A stretch of DNA of 64,000 bases from positions 30,281,223 through 30,345,222 of the forward strand of contig JAUZTB010000033.1 of assembly GCA_034780895.1 (NCBI GenBank), given 5' to 3'. Source of the stretch: Rhynchobatus australiae. Its lineage: Eukaryota. Every line of letters begins with the position of its first letter. Position 1 is the stretch's first letter. The notes below the pieces were generated by a model. The model searched no databases and was not told the origin of the DNA. It saw nothing but the letters and a program-made list of their open reading frames with translations. This document shows, piece by piece, positions 25,594 to 39,149 of the stretch. The position numbers and the translations under genes were made by a program.

Positions 25594-27769
25594 CTGAAAC
25601 ACCGGAGCAGGAAGAAAAGAAAGCAACACAGTACATTAATTTCATTTAGCATGCACCGAGCATACAGGATAAATTGATTTCACTTTGCATGGACTCGGAA
25701 AACCGTGTTTATTGTGCAGTGAAATCTAGTGTAGCATTCAGCTGACAGTATCCATCAACACAGGGCAATCTGCTGACTGCTGGGCCAGATGAAGGCATCC
25801 ATTACCCCAGCAGTGAAATGCTAGTTCAAACATGACAGCTAGTGTCTGTTCCTCAGGATCAGTTTAGAAATTTATGATGTCCCCAGTGCTATTGCTTTCT
25901 GATTGACACTCTTTTAACAGAATAAATATTCTAGTGTGCATACATAAATGTGCAAACTTTAGTCTTCCATTTCATAATATGTTGAACCATCAGGTTCCTG
26001 CCACCTTTAGGTAGTTAAGTGCATTGTTCCGTGTGTGGTGGGGCCCTTGGAAAATGAACACTCAGATCGGTTTTGGCACCAGAATATTGTTCAGTGTGTC
26101 AGGACTGAGTATTACTGACTGACAGTTTGATGAGCTAGAGCAAGCTGCAAGTTCAGGTTCAGCTCGATGTTAAATTGCTGCATTCTTGACACTAATTCAA
26201 AAGGCTCTCTAATCTAATGAAGTTGCTCCTTCAGGTTTGTAAGCCTAACCATGTTTCACAAGCAAAGATTGCAATGCCAGGACAGCTCCTTTCAGCTAAG
26301 CTGGAATGAACATTTTTAATACTTTTCATTATGCACAAAAGTCAATAAATCCTGTCTCAGTGTTAAATAACCATTCTTGCTCCTATCTGTCCAGTCATGT
26401 CACAACGTCTCTCTCTGAGGATGGCTGAAGTGGGGGGGTGGTAGGAGTAGGGGTATGTGGAGGGTTGTTTGGGCTTTCTTTTTTCATTATGGTACTTGAT
26501 ATGTGACATGTTTTCAAGTGTTTTTCATTGAAGAGGGAAGAGGGATTTGCTGTAATGTCCTTGTATAACCTGAGGTTCAGTTTCTCACCTATCAACGATT
26601 ACTGACTTAGAATAACATTGGCTTCCTAATTCTAGTTTCAAATCCATAAATTTTAATTGCAATGATGCAATGTGTAATTATAATCCATTATTCTACACTG
26701 GATACAAGAGATCAACTGAAGTCTAAGTAAAAATAGAGAGCATGGAGAACCAAAGACATACTAAATTCTGAAACCATCTCAAAGTAAATGCTGCAGTTAA
26801 GAAATAATGGTACGATTTTGAGATCTTCTCCTAGAGCTCACCTGTTGGCAAAGTATATCAGAAAGATCAGGCACATGATCAACATCATTTGTCAATCAAT
26901 GATTTTAATAGACACCAAGTCATGTGGAGCACATGCCCAAGGTCTTAACCTGTGCCCCCAGCAAGTGAGGCACCATCACTGAGGCATGCAGTCAAAAAAT
27001 CACTTCTCAAAACTGCACTTCAAGGCTATAGTAGACAAATACAATTTGAGGCATCACATTTCATTAAAACAATTATAATTTGTCTGTCCATTGTTCCCAT
27101 TTTAGACCATAAGACATAGCAGCAGAATCAGGCCATTTGGCCCATCAAGTCCGTTCTGCCATTCGATCATGGCTGATTTATTTTTCCCTCTCAACCCCAT
27201 TCTCCTGCCTTCTCCCTGTGACCTTTGACAGCCTAACCCTAGAATTTTGTGTTCACTCCATTTTTAAGACTAGTAATTCTTTTTAAGGTCCAGATTTACT
27301 TAATTACGAAAATTTCAGTACCCCAACTGCAAAGTGGGACTTCATAGTCACATTAACTGGATCAGTGGTCCAGAATTCTGGCTCTCAACTAGTTAAGTAA
27401 TTGCTATGGTTAAGAATGAGTTGAACTCTGCCAGCTCCATATATCAAAGGAGTCCCATGCATTGTTATCCCCCCAGCAACAGCTTTGTTGTAAACCACAA
27501 ATGCTGTGACCCCACCCTCCCCCACCCCCAAACGTTACACTGAGCAATCTGCCTCTGTGATTCACTGATTCACAGATCACAACTCAGCAATCAGCTGTTC
27601 TCCTTACTGCCTTTAGTGAACAGAGCAGAAAAGCTGCAGAAAGCTGGAGAAATGATATCAATGACACTTCGGCCATTTCTTTGAACATTTACAGATCCTC
27701 TGCTAAAATAATATCAAATGATCAGAGGAATGCAGAGGAAATTTAAAGCTAGTAGAAAGAAAAAGCATT

Positions 27770-28000
27770 GAACTTATATTATGCTTTTCACAACCTCAGG
27801 AAGTCCCAAAGCACTTTACAACCAATGAAGTACCTTAAAGCATGGATAGTGTGGTAGTTTTCCCATAACAAGCTCCCACAACCAGTGACATGATATTGAC
27901 CAGATAACTTGTTTTAATGATGTTGATTAAAGATATAGCCATGTAAATACCAAAGTGTAGAGAAATAAATATTGGCCAGGACAGGAGATAACTCCTCTGT
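27770..28000 (-). mobile_element. DeuSINE-like fragment
   Basis: acctcaggaagtcccaaagcactttacaaccaatgaagtac and aatattggccaggaca blocks, similar to the 11979-12356 copy. Confidence 0.6.
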
Positions 28001-28144
28001 CCATCAGCAAAGTTCCATTAGTACAATTAAAACCATTCCCTTACTGTTCGGTCATGCTCTCCCTTTTTGTAAGGAACTAGACTTTGTGTGGTCAAAATCC
28101 TGGAGATGAATCAATCTGGATTTGGCACTTCACCTGTAACACCC

Positions 28145-28655
28145 TGAGAATCACAGAATGGTTACAGCACAGCAGGCGGCCATTCAGCCCACCAAGTCCT
28201 ACCAGTACTATGTAGAAGCAATAAACGTAGCCCCACTCTCACAACCTCTCCCTTAGAAGCCCCTGCTTTCAGATACTTATCCACCTCCCTTTTGAACTTT
28301 ATTATTGTATCTGCCGCTACTACTCTCTTTGTACAGTATTTCAGACCTTAACCATTTGATGTGCAAAAATATTGTCCAGGTACCACTTCTGGTCCTTTTG
28401 CCAATCATTTTCATTCTATGTCTGCTTCTTCTTGACTCATCCTTATCTTATATGTATGTAACTCCCTGATGGCAAATACTTGTATGAGATCTCCTCACAA
28501 CCTTGGCTTCTCCAGTCTGCCTATATACCTGAAGTCCCTCATCCCTGGAATCATTTTGGTAAATCTATTCTACACCCTCTTTAAAAATTTGTACGCATTT
28601 CCTAAGGTGTAGTGCCCATAACTGGACAAAATACTCCAAACATGGCCAAACCATG
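28145..28655 (-). mobile_element. Decayed CR1-type LINE 3' fragment
   Basis: agaatcacagaat tail, ggccattcagccc and catccctggaatcattttggtaaatct blocks related to the other CR1 copies in the window. Confidence 0.6.
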
Positions 28656-31600
28656 GTAAGGTGTGGAAGGCTGAATTATCTGATCTTCCAGATCTGGATA
28701 GTGACCAGTGAAGTCTTATAAGGATTCCCATACAACTGGGGCTGGCTATCCCACACCAGAACAACTGCCTTTGGTGGAAGAGAGGCTGACCATGGAGACT
28801 TGAAAGCCAGGAAGTTTCTTTAACAGTCATTTAATGTGTCTGTCCTGGTGAGATTCAAATTCACAGTAACCGGAGCAATGGTCCAGAAAAATAAGAAACA
28901 TTAAAATAACATCAATAAAAATAAATAAACTAACTTGCAATTTGTCCTCCTAACGTCCCAGTTGGGAATTGCCCTTCAAAGAACTGGGGACTCCAGTTTT
29001 ACAGTACATTTGGTCTGGCTGGTGTAGGTTTGGAGAGCCAGTAATCTTTGGGATGGGTGGAGAGGAAAATCGTGACAAGTAAGGAGGCAAGTAATGACAC
29101 AGGGGTCTCCAGATGAAGAGTCCATGATACATGGATGGAGCTGAATGTGCCAGGGAGGGGCAGTTGCCATGGGCAGTGGCAGCATCTGCGCCACAGACTT
29201 AGGCATCTGTGACTTGACGATATCAGTGCACAGATGCTTCGATCTGTGCTCATTGCTTCTGGTAATGTGATTTTTAATACTTTGAAACAATGTGGGGTGA
29301 GGGGGAATGTGGGGGGGATTGTGGTGGGAATAAATGTAAAATACATCAAAAATGTCCCAGAACAGAACTTTAGATCCTCTACGGTTCACTTTTCAGTGTG
29401 ATGTACCCCTTGTTTTATGGAAGGTCGTAAATCCAATTGGATTCTCGTCCAATTTCTGTTGGTAAGTCACCTTGCACGTTAATAGGATGCAATACACAAC
29501 TGGAAAATGATACTAGCTGAAGATAATCAGGACAGGAAATACCCAATGGGCAGAACTTTAATAGAAAATGGGCACAATACTTATAAACAGGCACCAAACA
29601 CTTTTTTTGTATATTTGCACATATACAAAAAGAGCAAGTGGGTCCAAATTCTAGGTTAAATGGTTCAAGGTATCTATCATCCACCTTTCGTATTTCTCTT
29701 TGCTAGAGGAAAGAGTTCAAACTAGTGCACAGTTTCAGATAATGTGCTTTCAAATGATAGCTAACATCCAAACAACTCATGACCATTGCAGACACAACAC
29801 CATGATCATCAGATCTTTAAAGGTAGATTGGCAAAGGGTCCTTTTAGATTTCATAAGTGAATTTGAATTTAAATAGAAAATTCTGCTGTAGGAATTTAGA
29901 TATGTTGTCCTTGATTAAGAAAGCAGTAGAAAGGCATTTGAAGTTAGTTTTACACCCTCCTGCAGTGTGTGCTGACATGTCTGTATTATCTACAGTCACA
30001 TGCGTGGCTGTGATATCTAAAACTATTCAATCACTTTGTAATTGCCAGACTCCAGTTGTTCTAACAATGTTTAACCTCTTGAGTGCTGCATCACAATATA
30101 GAGCCTGACTTTTGTAAATTGCTATCAGCACACCACTGAAGATGAATAATGCAGAGGTAAATGTACAGAAGTGTATAAACTGCTTTCCCAAAACTGTCAG
30201 AACAGTCAAAAATAACAGATACCTACAACTAAGTGACTCAGATTGCATGGTAAATGTCAAAGCTCACCAAGAGTTGGAATTTTGCTGTGCTAGAGTAGGA
30301 GCTATAACAATCATGCAGCTGCATGAAATTCCTTTCAGTTCTGTTTCAATAAAAGCATTAAAATGGTGGACAGGGTTTTCATCCAAACATGTTAATGTAG
30401 TTATGTCTAATATTATACAATACAATTTAGACCCAATGCTTTTATAAAGTGTGGTTAAACTTGGGTGGAAAACACCAAAGCAGATTTAAGGATTACAATC
30501 ACAGAACATTGATGTCTACTTTAAACATCAAGTTTTATAGCTTATACCTGAAACCTGAAATTAGACTAAAATCTTTTTTAAAAAAATCACAAAAAATGTA
30601 TCCATCTCTGCTACTATGTAAAAAATTATTTTCTGCTGGTGTATAGATTTTCTTTAATTTGATCATTGCCAATTTGGTGATAAACAGCAATATTTACAAA
30701 GAAAGCTTAACTCTTGTGATGTTGCCTATTATGTATCCATTGAGAGATAATCCACAATAAATTAAAAAGGAATTACTCCAGTTACGTTGTGCAAGGGGAA
30801 CCCTTTGATGTATTTCATAGTATCTGAACATAACCTGCAGGATAACTGTTTGTGTTATGCTTATTTGAATGAGCATAAGTGAGATTATAAGAAATATGCT
30901 TTTTCCGTTTGTAAATTGTAAGCGAGTGGTCCACTGACAGGTACAAATTGCTCATACCTTAGGGTCAGGTAATGGGGATTTTCAATTCCAGCCTATATGT
31001 AAACAAGAATACTTGACAGGCATATTATCCATTTGGTAAGTCTTGCGAGCAGAACTTATTTTAAAATTTGATTTACAGCATGTGTTTACACAGTTGGAAT
31101 CTTTTTTTGAATAGCTCCTCACTTGGATCATAAATATAAATGTCCTTAAAACTATAGTACCTAATCACACCTGTCTAAAGCAGGCCCACACTTGAAGTGG
31201 TTAAGATATGCAGCCAAATGCCAAAACTCTTCACTTGATCTTTGACTATGTCTTTGTGCCACAGCAGACAGGCTGTCACAAAGGAATCCAGTGTGTGAAA
31301 TGGGCTCCTGAAAAGAATTAACACTCACGCAAACATTGTCTGTTCAGCTTCAGGAAACAATGTAATGAGAGAAGGAAATTTAAAGAATATAAACAAACAC
31401 ACTTCGAAGAGAATGATTTAATCTAAGTTTTGGAATAGTAGTGACCTTCTCTCATTGCTGCAGTTCTGCTGCAGTTATCTTCACACTGAAGTTCATATTA
31501 AAGTAGCACAAGCCAATAGCACAGAATTATATTGCATTGCACTCTGTCAGGAGAAAGCAAAGCTTTGTTTGAATCATCTTAAATGTAAATGTAGAGTTTA

Positions 31601-32339
31601 GCTCAAAACCTCTGATTGGTAGTGAAAATTCTAAAAGGATTTGATTTTTGGTAAATGGCTTTTCTCTAATGGTAGAAATTTTGAGGGGTATTTTAACTCC
31701 TGTTTTGGAATTCAGCTAATAAAGTTCTGGAACCAGAGCCACTGTACAACATAAAATCTCTTTGAGAAAGCCATTGTTAATCTGAAGATGCACATCAAGA
31801 ACCATAACAGATGTGGAAGCACCTTTAATATGCACCAGCCACAGGGTCCAAAATATTGGTGGTCTGCCCTGCTCTACACAATGCTGATGACAGTGAGAGA
31901 TGGCGGCACACCTCTAAGACCTTTGTGGGAAAAGAAAAGGAGGCAGGAAATGCAGGCCAATGCAAGGATCAGGACTCGTGGCTTGCTGGAATGCTGTCAT
32001 TCATTTAAGATTCATTTAAGCTCACTCATTCTTTGTGGCACTTGTATGCTAAACTCTCATCACTGGATCTTTATTAAACTGATGGTTGTGCAATATAACA
32101 CTGAAACACTGAGCTGGACTTTGCACACTCTAGCGACTCAATTTGATGGCTTTGGCGATAGGGTTAGGTTTGCACTAATAGATGATAAATAACATCTGTG
32201 CAACTGAAGTACCTGGTAATGACCACCTCCGACAAAAGATAATCTATCATGTCAACATCAGTGGTAATACATGGCTCACCTTCTAATTCCCTCAAGGCTT
32301 TTCATCTTCTTCAATGCATAACTGAAAAACATGATGGAA

Positions 32340-32900
32340 TATTTCCATCTGCCTGGATCAGTGTAGCTTCAAGAGCTAAAGGAACTTGACCCCATCTTGA
32401 GCAAAGAAGCCTTCTTGCTTGACTCTGTTCCATCATAAATTCAACCCTCTCCACTGTGGTCGTATTGTGTACCACATACAACATGTGCAGCAGCAACAAG
32501 CCAAAGTTACTTTGAAAGCACCTCTCAAGTCCATGAGGAGGCAGAAGAGACTGCAGGTACTGGAATCTGGAGCATCAAACAATCTGCTGGAGGAATTCAG
32601 TGGTTGAGCAGCATCAGGTCAGGACTGTCCAGATACAGGGTCTTGACCTGAAACGTTAACAATTCCTTTCTGCCTACAGATGCTACTCGACCTGCTGGGT
32701 TCCTCTGGCAAAATGTTTGTTGCTCTCAAATCCATAATTCCCATATCACCTTGAAGGAGTTGAATGGGAACACCACTATTTACATGAAGTTACGCACCAT
32801 CCTAATGTGTAAAACATATGAATCTTCACTGGGCCAAAAGCCTTGAACCTAGCACTGGGTATATTCACCAAATAGAACGCAACAGCTGAAGAAGGTGGCT
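32340..32900 (+). mobile_element. Old LINE 3' remnant interrupted by a palindromic element at 32535-32722
   Basis: gcctggatcagtgtagcttc...gtgtaccacatacaacatgtgcagcagcaac resembles the 3' ORF of a common chondrichthyan LINE. The insert is flanked by a 13-bp direct repeat. Confidence 0.5.
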
Positions 32901-32919
32901 CATGAGATATAAGAATATA

Positions 32920-33550
32920 AGAAGCAGATGCAGGAGACCATGTCACCCTGTATGCCTACTCCTTCCTTCAACGAGATCCAACCTTTGGCCTCAAAATCAT
33001 GCTGCTGATTCCCATAAGCTTCAATTCCCTTGTATCCCAAAAGTCTATCACAGCACTGAATATATTTTAATACATGGGATCCATAGCTACCTTGGGTGGA
33101 GAAGTCCACTGGTTCACAAATCTCTGAAAGAAGAAATTCCTTCTCAACTCAATCCTAAGAGCCAAACATTTAACCTATGTCCATTAGGTTTAGACTCCTC
33201 CATGAAGAGAAGTATACCCACAGCATCTCCCCTTCCAAACCCCTTCAGTTGAATGCTTCAATGAGATCACTTCACCCTTCAAAACTCAAGAGTATAGCCC
33301 AATCTGCTCAATCTTTTCTCTTAGTTAACCCCTAACTCCAGGTATCAATCCAGTGAATCTTTACTGTAAACACAGGCATATCCCTCTTAAATAAGGAGGC
33401 CAAAAGTGTCTCCAATACTGCAAGAGTGACCTCACCAATTCCCTGTTGAGTTGTAGTAACAAGCTCTCCCAATTTTTGCACTCCACCCCTCTAGCAATAA
33501 AGGCCAACCCTCTCTCTTTGTCTTTTTAGTTACTTGCTGTATCTGCACGT
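32920..33550 (-). mobile_element. CR1-type LINE 3' fragment
   Basis: ataagaatataagaa tail, plus gaagaaattcctt, ccaggtatcaatccagtgaatct and ctagcaataaaggccaac blocks typical of reverse-strand CR1. Confidence 0.7.
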
Positions 33551-36500
33551 TAACCAAAATCTCAAAAGTAATTAAGAATTGGATATAAATGCCATCCTTC
33601 TTACCAGCATAGCACCCACAACCCATGAATAAAAAAGGGGAAAGAGCTTTCACTTTCTTGATTTTCTTTTAGCAGTGTTTATTCCCATTTTCAAACCATG
33701 CAAGAGTTCAAGAGGTGGCCCAGTGCCGGTTAATGTAGGAATAATTTGCTGATGTCTGTCGCCTAATTCTTCTCCATCTACTTCAGTATTGCAACTTTTC
33801 TCTGAAGAAAAGCACAGCACAGCTTTTTTCCCTCCTAAGGATGATTCACTTTGAATGATGTGTTGTGTACATTTGATTTGTAACCATCTCAAATCATAGC
33901 TGTTGTGATCCAGTAAAAGTAACAGCATTTCTTTTAAGTGACAATATATCATTTACAATGCATCGGTATAATTTTGCCTTGGAGCCAAAGTCCAATTTAT
34001 GTTATTTATTTATATTTTGATTTAAGGATTTATTTTTTCAAAAGCTTTCAGATTGCAGTCTTTAACAAAATCCACACAAATATGCTTAATCAGCTTTCAA
34101 TTGGAATCTTTTGGAGGTGACAAAAAAGCAGTAATCGGGAATTAAAATATTGATTAATAAACTGTGGATTTTTCAAACAGTCTGCATGCAACTGAGAGGT
34201 AGCTAACTGTTCCTTAAGCAATTAACTTGAGATCTTTGTGTAATAGGAATTGATAATTTGGTTATATTTTGCCATTCACTGTTTCTAAGGATCACTTCCT
34301 TACGTCAAAGGCATATTAAAATTGTGGAATTTAAAGTTCAGCTATTAAATTAACTGTCCAAAGTCAAAATGACCCATAAACAGTCAGGTTCCATTTCTGA
34401 TCCTTGATTCATACTAAGTTAGTTGGTCTCCACCCGGGTGGTACCAAATCATCATAACTGGGAAGGAGGAGGAAACAAAATCAACCAGAGTTCCCTGTCT
34501 TAATTGTTGCCCAGTGACCCCTAAATGAAAGTGGGTGTGCTTGTGGAAAAACTACAGGCTGAGCACTGAACCAGGACTGGATGCAATGGCTGTCATAATT
34601 GAATAGCTCGCTACCACTCATTAGTCAGGCTCACTGGAAAGATACACCACTTGAGGATGGCTGGCAGCTGTAAACGCCACGTGAGTCAGCACCTTCAGGA
34701 CAGGCGCGGAGGGGAGTAGCCCTGTAGAGCAAAGGAACAATTATGCTGTTGTAACAAAGCACTTTAGGTAATACTCTATCCATGCCGTTTGGCTGGCCAA
34801 GAAAGGAATCACATTTTGTTTTTGAATAACAAGACACTCATTGAATTACGTAAATTAATATTCCCTCATTGTAACATTAAGAGGAAAGGGGAAAGCTTTT
34901 GGTTTCACAAGTTGTATTCTAAAGTGGAATCAACAACCATGATCATTGAGAATGTTAAAGATTTCCCTCCATATGAATTCTTAGACAAGAGGAAATTTGA
35001 ACCATCAATTGAAACCTGGGGGATAAAATAGACTTATTATTGCCAAGTCCATATGGAGTCAATTCCATCGTAATGGATAATCAGTCCCTTTTAAAATTTG
35101 TCTAATATTGTTGAAAACCACGTTTGGATTAGTCTATTTCCTGCTTAGATGTCTTGTGTTGCTACCCCCTCCCCTCCCGACAGAGCAAGCTAAAGCAAAC
35201 ACACTACCCAAGCAGCACAGGACCTGCAAACCCACCACATGGAAGAGAACAAAAGACCTCACTGAAGCTTTTGTGGTATCTGCTAATGTTTTACATCTGA
35301 GCAGTTAAAAAATAGACCTAATGATTGTGGGATGAATTGATGCATGTGACATATGCTTGACTGAAAATGAAGGAAAATCTTACTCTTCTCTTCTGACCAC
35401 AGTCACTCTGTGTGATAACATTTCCAAAATTTCACCTACACACTATCTAAAGTTTAAATTCTTGTCCAGAAATATTTATCCTTGTTCCCGGTGTAACTTT
35501 CAACATTTACTGTTTCTTGTCTTTTTTTCTAAACTACCATGGTAACTGTTACAAATATTTATGCATGACAAATATTGGCACGGGAGGAATTGTTTCTCTT
35601 TGCAGTTACAGATGAGAAACACAAAAGTAGATGTAGCTTTTGTCATGCAAGCACTCCCCACAGTTTACACCTAAATGTTGCAAGAGGAAAATAAATTATA
35701 TTACAGTTTGAGTTTGCTCTGAATGTGCAGCATATTTTTACTCAGTTGTCTAACCAACAGGAACAGTAATTTGATAAAATAGTAACAAGAGTTTTGACAA
35801 TTTAAGACAATGATAATTGCATACAGTTGGAAAATAAGAATTCTCTACACAATGTATAAAATAAGTCCAAAAGCATCTATAAAATTCATGCTCTGGTAAT
35901 AATTTTGATCAATAGTGTGCACAAACCATATTAGATTCAATAGAAATGAAAATCAGGAGAGATGTTTAATGGGTGGTTGAGTGATAGCACTATTTTCCAC
36001 TGAGAGTGAGAGAGACTAAGGTATGCACAAGGCAAAAGACATGAGTTTCAAGAAACACACACCTGGAGGTGTATTCACATTAGAGTCACATGGTCTAGAA
36101 AGAGGGTTGTGAACATGTGTAAACACTGAAAAAACACATACACAAGCACAAAGCCAGATTTGAAAATGTGCGACAAATGATACCCCCAGGCACATAAAAA
36201 GGACCCGAGGAGCAGAGAAGCTCAAGAACACAGAGGCAGACATTGCCTCTGCTGTACAACCCTGCCAACGATGGTGGCCCCAGCTTTTAGGAGAAGGAGA
36301 GCGAGGGTGGGGGACAATGGTGTGAAGAACATGAAGGAGCACTGAGAGTATTAACACCTACCCAAGGAGACAGTTTACACCAGTACCCCAAGAAACAGTA
36401 TCAGATATAAGCACTGCCACCAGAGGGAGAAACTGCTACTTCTCTGGACTCACGTGGGCTGAGCACTACCCTACCCACCAAGGCCAGTGATGTGGTTTCT

Positions 36501-37137
36501 TGTTCACTGGTCTATATCAATAAGTAGGTCTGGCTGCCGAAATGTAATGTCCTGATTTTCAAAATTCTCTGCAAATGCTTGTGCTTTACTCCAATGAAAG
36601 GGGAGTCAGAAAGATGGTGTCTGGCTCTGTGCCTCCAAATAATCTTAGAGCTCCAAATGTACTTTTTTTTTGAAGATAGTGGAGTTGAGGTGCTTTATAA
36701 GGAGAAATAACTATTTAAACAAGACAGAGATGAACAGGATAAGTACTTTCCAGCACTCCTCGATGGACTAATCCACTGGTTTAACGGGACAGAAAAACTG
36801 TCGCCATTTAGTTGGGTGGAGTCCTTGCATTACAGTTAGCTGAGGAACTTGACACAGCTCTTGGGTTCAACTGTTGAGTTTCACACCTACACAAAGTATT
36901 GCAAGCTCTCCAATGAGGCTCCCTCTTCTCCACTCCCACCCTCCACCCGTTGGCTTTACATTCAGCAAGGAGAGTCAGCCATCCTAACACGAGACAAAAC
37001 AGACTGACTGGTTAGTTGACTGAAGCACTAGTCAGGGCAAGTTCTATTGGAGCAACAATTGGTTAATTAGAAAAAGTAATAGCTTAACAAGTTACATGGT
37101 TTCTACTGAATTACTTTAATAATATGTTTTCATTGTG

Positions 37138-37432
37138 TCATAGAGTCAAAGGAAGAGCTCACTGAGTTCATGCTGATCATTGAGCACTCATTTACACTAA
37201 TCCTACACTATTCCCATTTTATTCTCCCACATTCCCATCAACTTCCCCTCCGTCGCCTCCCAGATTCTACCACTCACCTACACATTACGGGCAAACCGAC
37301 AACTTGCATATCTTTGGGATTCACAGAGAGAACATGCAAACTCCACACGGACACCTCTGGAGGTCAAGAATGAACTCAGATCGCTGGGGCTGTGAGGCAG
37401 CTGCTCTACCAACTGTGCCACTGTGCTACCCC
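37138..37432 (-). mobile_element. V-domain SINE
   Basis: tcatagagtc tail, cccagattctaccactcacctacaca, gagaacatgcaaactccacac and reverse tRNA-like head. Same family as the 50195-50515 copy. Confidence 0.7.
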
Positions 37433-39040
37433 CCCAGAATCTTGCTAATGGAAAGCTGCAGTGGATTGAGGAGATTCACACAAACCCAGGGAAACAGGTG
37501 GAAACACTTTGGGAAATCAGTGGCTTTGTGTGCCAATCAATGATCCTTACAGTGCTTTCCATGAATGATATACTAACTCACCCATTGCTAAGGGTGTCCC
37601 CCTTAGTGGATTCAGCACAGCTGGTGGAAAGTTTCTGTGAGGAGCATTGAGATTCCACTGGCCAGTGGCATGGGTAGAAGTGAGGTGGGGAAATTGGAGA
37701 CTTGAACTTCCAATGATGCAGTTGCACCCAAAAACATTCACTGCTGCTGAGCCAGTCAAACCCACTTGGGTAGAGAAAGATATCATGGCATCCACAAGAG
37801 ATTGCTTGTCACTGCTGCCCATCTAGAATTGTGCTGGGGTCAAATGATGCTACTAGATTCTTTTGGATTTATTGATAAGGCCTTTATCCACTTACAGGGA
37901 TCATGTTCCTGAGCTGAGCTCCAGAATTAAATGTCTCATAAGTGGGAACAGGGCAAGAGACTTATTTTTTGCAATTTTAACTGCTCACCATCCCAGGTGT
38001 CCTAGTAAAATCAAAGCCTGTGCCTTCTAAATATGGACCAAATTATAACTGTGCACCTAGCCCAATTATCCTTGCCCTCTAGACTTACTCTGCTTCAGGA
38101 ATACACTTAGCAATATCAAGAGTCTAGTAAATAAATCAAGGAAATGATGTTACAATTGGGGAGTTGTTGCAAATTTCTCTCGGAAAATGTATGCTCAATC
38201 TGAAAAATTTGAGAAGAATGTGAAACTCGTTGCTTTTTTATTCTAGAGATCCAAATATTCTTCTTCTTTCCTCCCACTTTATGACAGTTCCAGGACATAC
38301 ATGGAATTTAAAAGGATTTATCCACCAAACAATAAGAAATACATTACTCCCATAAGGTTCAAAGAGTGTCAGCAGTGTCACTCCCATAAGATCAACCCTA
38401 ACTAACTCCCAACACATAACTTCCACAGAACTCAGATACATTCATTTTCACTATCATTTTAACATCCAGAAAGCAGTTGTCTGTTACCCCTGAAAACCAT
38501 TGTAAATGTACAGAGCATTGCATCCTATGAACTAAAGGAGATGTAGACAGATGGATCAGTTAGGAATGTAGGAATTGGGTCGGAGTCCAGATTCATTGGG
38601 TTTCTTCTTGGAGTTAATATAAAAAGTGATAACAGCATCTTCTGCCTGCACTATACTTGACTCTGAGATCTCACAATTGCTTTGGAAATGCCTGAAGGAG
38701 TGATAATTCAAGTTTCTTACATCAGATCAGATGGCACATGTGTGACTTCACATAGGCACATCTAGAAATATACCAAATGAGGTATATTTATTACTTTACA
38801 TGTTTAAACCTGAACTACTCTTCAATTGTTCTCCATAACAATTTTCTAAAATGTTTACAGTGAAGCAGTGAATGAAATTATAATTGCAATAAGTTAGCTG
38901 CTATTGATTCTCGTGGCAAAAAAACTAAAAGTAATGAAAAAAAAGTATATGTGAATCTACCAACAATAAAATTACTTTATTTGACTACTCATTGAATTCA
39001 TTAAAGAAGACTTTGTTATGTCTTGGGGTCACCCACTCAC

Positions 39041-39149
39041 CTTCTGCATCTTCTGGCCTTGTGAGGTCAATGACCCCTGGACCAACCTTCACATCTTCAC
39101 CTGTTTTTCCTGTCAGCTGCTGTGCAAGATTCTCAAAGGGCACCCGTTC
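39041..39149 (-). CDS. SOX6: SOX6 internal exon ([36 protein letters not shown])
   Basis: 109 bp, acceptor tttttgtgcag|GAA and donor GAAG|gtgagt. [15 protein letters not shown] matches SOX6 and joins in frame (G|GG) to the 25593 exon. Confidence 0.95.

Noticed and set aside
36010-36540. Possible solo LTR (TATA-like cataaaaagg)
   Set aside because: No clear TG..CA ends, TSD or second copy could be identified.
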